Shown: piece by piece, positions 60,215-64,000 of the stretch
How positions within the stretch are numbered: position 1 is the stretch's first letter
How the letters are laid out: the number at the start of each line of letters is the position of its first letter
NCBI RefSeq assembly: GCF_018977255.1
Contig: NW_024704743.1
Span: forward strand, 99,326,001 to 99,390,000
Source: Callorhinchus milii
Taxonomy: Eukaryota
Reading direction: 5' to 3'
Length of the DNA: 64,000 nt
Program-made: the position numbers and the translations under genes
The notes under the pieces: generated by a model
The model's input: the letters and a program-made list of their open reading frames with translations, nothing else
What the model was told of the DNA's origin: nothing
The model's database searches: none

Positions 60215-61870
60215 AGAACATAAGGACATAAGAATTAGGAGCAGGAGTAGGCCATTCTGCCCCACGATTTGATAAGATTATGGCTGATCTTCAGACCTAA
60301 CTCTAATTACCTGCCCTATCCCCATATCCCCCCATCCCTCTGTTTTTTTAAAATCTATCAGTCTCAGCCTTGAAGATGTTCAAGAACTGAGCATCTACAG
60401 ACTTCTGGGGTAGTGAATTCCATAAATTGAAGAAATGTTTCCTCAACTCTGTTCTAAAAGGCTGACCCTTAATTTTAAGACTGTGACCCCTGGTTATAGA
60501 TTCTCCTACCAGGGGAAACAGACCCTCAGTGTCTACTTTATCCAGCCCTTTAAGAATCTTATATGTTTCAATAAGATCTCCCCTAATTCTTCTGTACGCT
60601 AGAGAATATAGCCCTAGTTTATTCAGCCTATCCTCATAGGTCAGTCCCCTCATCCCAGGAACTAACCGAGTGAATCTACGCTGCACCCCCTCTAGGGCAA
60701 GTATGTCCTTTTTTAAATAAGGAGACCAAAACTGCACACAATACTCTAGGTGCGGTCTCACCAAGGCCCCATACAGTTGCAGCAAGATGTCCCTACTCTT
60801 GTACTCTAAACCTTTTGCAATGAACGCTAACGTGCCGTTCGCCTTCTTAGTTGCTTGCTGCACCTGCAAACTAACTTTTTGAGACTGGTGTACAAGGACA
60901 CCCAAATCCCTCTGAACCCTAACACTATCTAATCTCTCCCCCTCTAGAAAATAATCTGTTTTTCTATTTTTTCTACCTAGGTGAATAACTTCACACTTCC
61001 CCACATTAAATTCCATCTGCCACCTACTCGCCCACCTTCCTAGCCTATCTATATCCTGTTGCAATCTTTTTGGATCATCCTCAGAGCTTACTCTCCCACC
61101 TAGTTTAGTGTCATCCGCGAATTTAGATACGTTACATTCAATGTCCTCGTCTAGATCATTGATGTAAATTGTAAATAGCTGAGGCCCAAGCACTGATCCT
61201 TGTAGCACTCCACTAGTCACATCCTGCCAATTCGAGAATGACCCGTTTATCCCTGCTCTCTGTTTTCTACCCGTTAGCCACTCTTCAATCCATGCTAATA
61301 TGTTCCCATTAATCCCGTGGGCCTTAACCTCGTGCAATAACCTTTTGTGTGGCACTTTGTCAAATGCCTTTTTAAAATCTAAATATACTACATCTACTTG
61401 TTCCCCCTATCTAACCTGCTAGATACATCTTCAAAAAACTCTAAAAGATTAGTTAAGCATGACTTCCCTTTTGTAAAGCCATGTTGACTCTGCCTAATCT
61501 TGTTATGGTCTTCCAGAAATCCCATAACGACATCTTTAATTAAGGACTCAAGAATTTTCCCTACCACTGATGTCAGACTAACTGGTCTATATTTCCCCAT
61601 CTTTTCTCTCCCACCCTTCTTAAATAGTGGTGTTACGTTTGCAATCTTCCAATCAATGGGAACCGTTCCAGAATCCAGAGAATTTTGGAAGATCAAAGAT
61701 AAGCCATCCACTATCTCAGTAGCCTCTTTTAAAACCCTAGGATGTAGGCCATCAGATCCAGGAGATTTATCAGTTTTAAGACCTGATAATTTACCTAAAA
61801 CCATTTATTTACTAATATTAATTCCTCCAAGTTGCTCGCTAACATTGTCTTCTTTGTTCCCCTCTATTAT
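60215..61870 (-). mobile_element. CR1 LINE, 5'-truncated, RT domain disrupted by frameshift
   Basis: ORFs 61394-61804 (KSPGSDGLHPRVLKE...YRPVSLTS...QHGF) and 60348-61355 (QGSVLGP...SKFADDTKLG...LEYCVQFWSP). Confidence 0.96.
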
Positions 61871-61884
61871 CTGAAGGATTTGTG

Positions 61885-62052
61885 CCCAGGAAATCAGGAG
61901 AAACTACTTTCTCTTTTGAAATAGTCTATCTGACAGCACTTCAGATAATGCAACGCTACCCCAGTACTGCACCTTAGTGTCAGCCTGGACTGTGTGCTAA
62001 CATGGGACCTACTCAGAGGCAAGAGTGCTACCAACTGAGCCAGGCTGACACT
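61885..62052 (-). mobile_element. 5' part of Deu-domain-like SINE
   Basis: Minus strand gtgtcagcctggctcagttggtagcactcttgcctctgag; a similar head on + at about 19805-19965. Confidence 0.6.
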
Positions 62053-64000
62053 CATTCAATAATATGAACAAATTATGGTCTTGCTGAACCCATTGCTTGC
62101 ACAAATTAACACAACGAATTGGTTGAGAAATTACCGTTAATTACAGTATTTTATGAATATTAAACATTTTTCATTATTTTCAGTGGGAATATTAGCATAA
62201 GAGGATTTAGGATTTTTTTTAGCATAATCTACTTGTCTATGTTGAGAAACCTTCATAGCCATTGTGTTTCAATGTACAAAATATGGACTAATTTCCATAT
62301 GGGGATGAATTTGATCCTCACCACCTTAAGAATAAAAGGAATGTTCAAAGGTAATTTCCTTTTCAATAATCATACATATTGGGGTAGAATATAATGCTTC
62401 ATAACAGAATTCAATGTGATAATTGAAATCTGTTATGAAACACTATATTTCGCCCCCCCACATTTAATGTCTACGACAAGTCTTTTTGAAGACATCAGTT
62501 GGTAAAAGGCAAATGATAAATTTAATCACTTTTCTTACTGAAAATCTGATATGGGACTCGATATGTATGAACGTGTACTGCTCACGTCATCTAATCGATC
62601 ACTCCACATGGAATTAACCTTCTGGCTGCACTGTCATGTTTAAAAAATCCTATTTAAATTAAGTACACAAAATGTTCCTTCATTGCAAATTGACTTAATT
62701 TAATTTGCTGGTTAATGCTGAAATCTCGCGATTATCAGTTGCCTACATCTATAGTAGAACTTTGTCAAATTATTCTAGCCACCGAGAATCATGAGTCAAC
62801 TGTATGCAGTTATTTAATGTTTCATTACACTGAAAATCGCTCACCGAGAAACAGCAATATAAATGACACTTCAGCAAATAAGGACCCAGGGGTCAGTGTG
62901 ATATACTTGGGGATCCCTGGAAGAGATACATTTTCCATCCGAAGGTGTTTTTTCTGGAGTCAGTGCTGCTATTTTCTCAATGAGCTATTTTTGACCCCCT
63001 TTATCCATTGGCAAATTTCTAGTCAAATCTTTCTTGGATTTTTATCATTTGTTAAATAATAAGTGAATATATAGTTTAGGAATGGATTGTGCTTGCTTAC
63101 AGAATACATGATCACTACACTTCACACTAAGCACTCTGAGATGCTACCCTGCATGGAGGGTGCTATATAAGCCAAGTTGTCGTTGTTGTAAATACTGTTA
63201 AGCTCTTTGAGAAATACTCCTGACATGAAAAGTGCTATATCCAATACTAGGATTCTTAATATCATATTGAAAACATTTCTTGAGCAGTAAACCAGATTAA
63301 AAGCAATATGGCATTGCCACATGTAACACTTTCCATGTTAAAATGTTCATACATTTGAATTAGGGAGGCTGACAATATCAAAATACTGAAGGGTTGGAAA
63401 ATATAGCAAAGTGCTCAAATCTATACAAGACCACTTTGAACAGGCTCATAAAGGTTCAGGTGAACCATATTAGAATATTAGACACTGAATAATTCCTAAT
63501 CTAGATTATCTATCTCACTATACTTCTTGTTTGAACAACTGCTCTGAATAATTCTACCCATTCCATTTCCTTATTCTAGGTTTAAAAGCACAGCTTCAGG
63601 CTAATCTCTACATTCTGAAAATGAATTATACACACCATGGTTGCAACGCAAGATAAAAATTCAGTGCACTTGCAGTAAGTGAAAAAGACCTGAAGCTACA
63701 TTTGTGCACCTTGTGTTAGTGCAGTTGACAGGATCAACGAGTTTCATATCACACAGTTTCACGACACGTAATTGATAATTCAGAGTGTATTTGAATGTAG
63801 AGGAAAAACTTTGTCCATCAGAGAGGGTTTTGTGTCCTGGGGAGGAAATATCCTGACTGATGCTGGTTAATTCATCTCTAGGCATTGAGTAGAAATGGAG
63901 TAAAAAAAAGAATAATATTAAGAGTAAAGGCCATAGATATGATTTTAAAATATTCAAACAAAATGACTATCTTCCAACAAGTGTAGGTATTGTGCAGCAC

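Noticed and set aside
60348..61804. Active reverse transcriptase gene
   Set aside because: 5'-truncated CR1 with a frameshift and no endonuclease or ORF1.

Overview
Vertebrate genomic DNA, most likely from a cartilaginous fish (inferred from the CR1/L2 LINE, tRNA-SINE, Deu-domain SINE and Penelope-type repeat landscape). The window holds one complete protein-coding gene, ADCYAP1 (PACAP precursor, + strand). It has a probable non-coding exon 1 ending at 26307 and coding exons 26618-26718, 29324-29452, 29935-30042 (PRP/GHRH-like peptide) and 30582-30762 (PACAP38 identical to human), giving a 172-aa precursor. The most striking observation is a second, phase-compatible splice path downstream: an internal donor in the PACAP exon (AG|GTATAA after 30713), an extra exon at 31153-31273 and a terminal exon from 32362. 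This path would replace PACAP residues 30-38 with a 43-aa acidic, leucine-rich tail (199-aa precursor) and mirrors the 7-exon layout of the paralogous VIP gene. A CpG island at about 3.3-3.9 kb carries a minus-strand 5' non-coding exon, probably YES1 by synteny, flanked by a C-rich minisatellite and a CTCF-like tandem array. The rest is repeat-rich intergenic DNA: SINEs, L2 and CR1 fragments, an RTEX-like RT relic, Penelope ends with hammerhead-like cores, local duplications and several hairpins. All calls are by eye; no searches were run.
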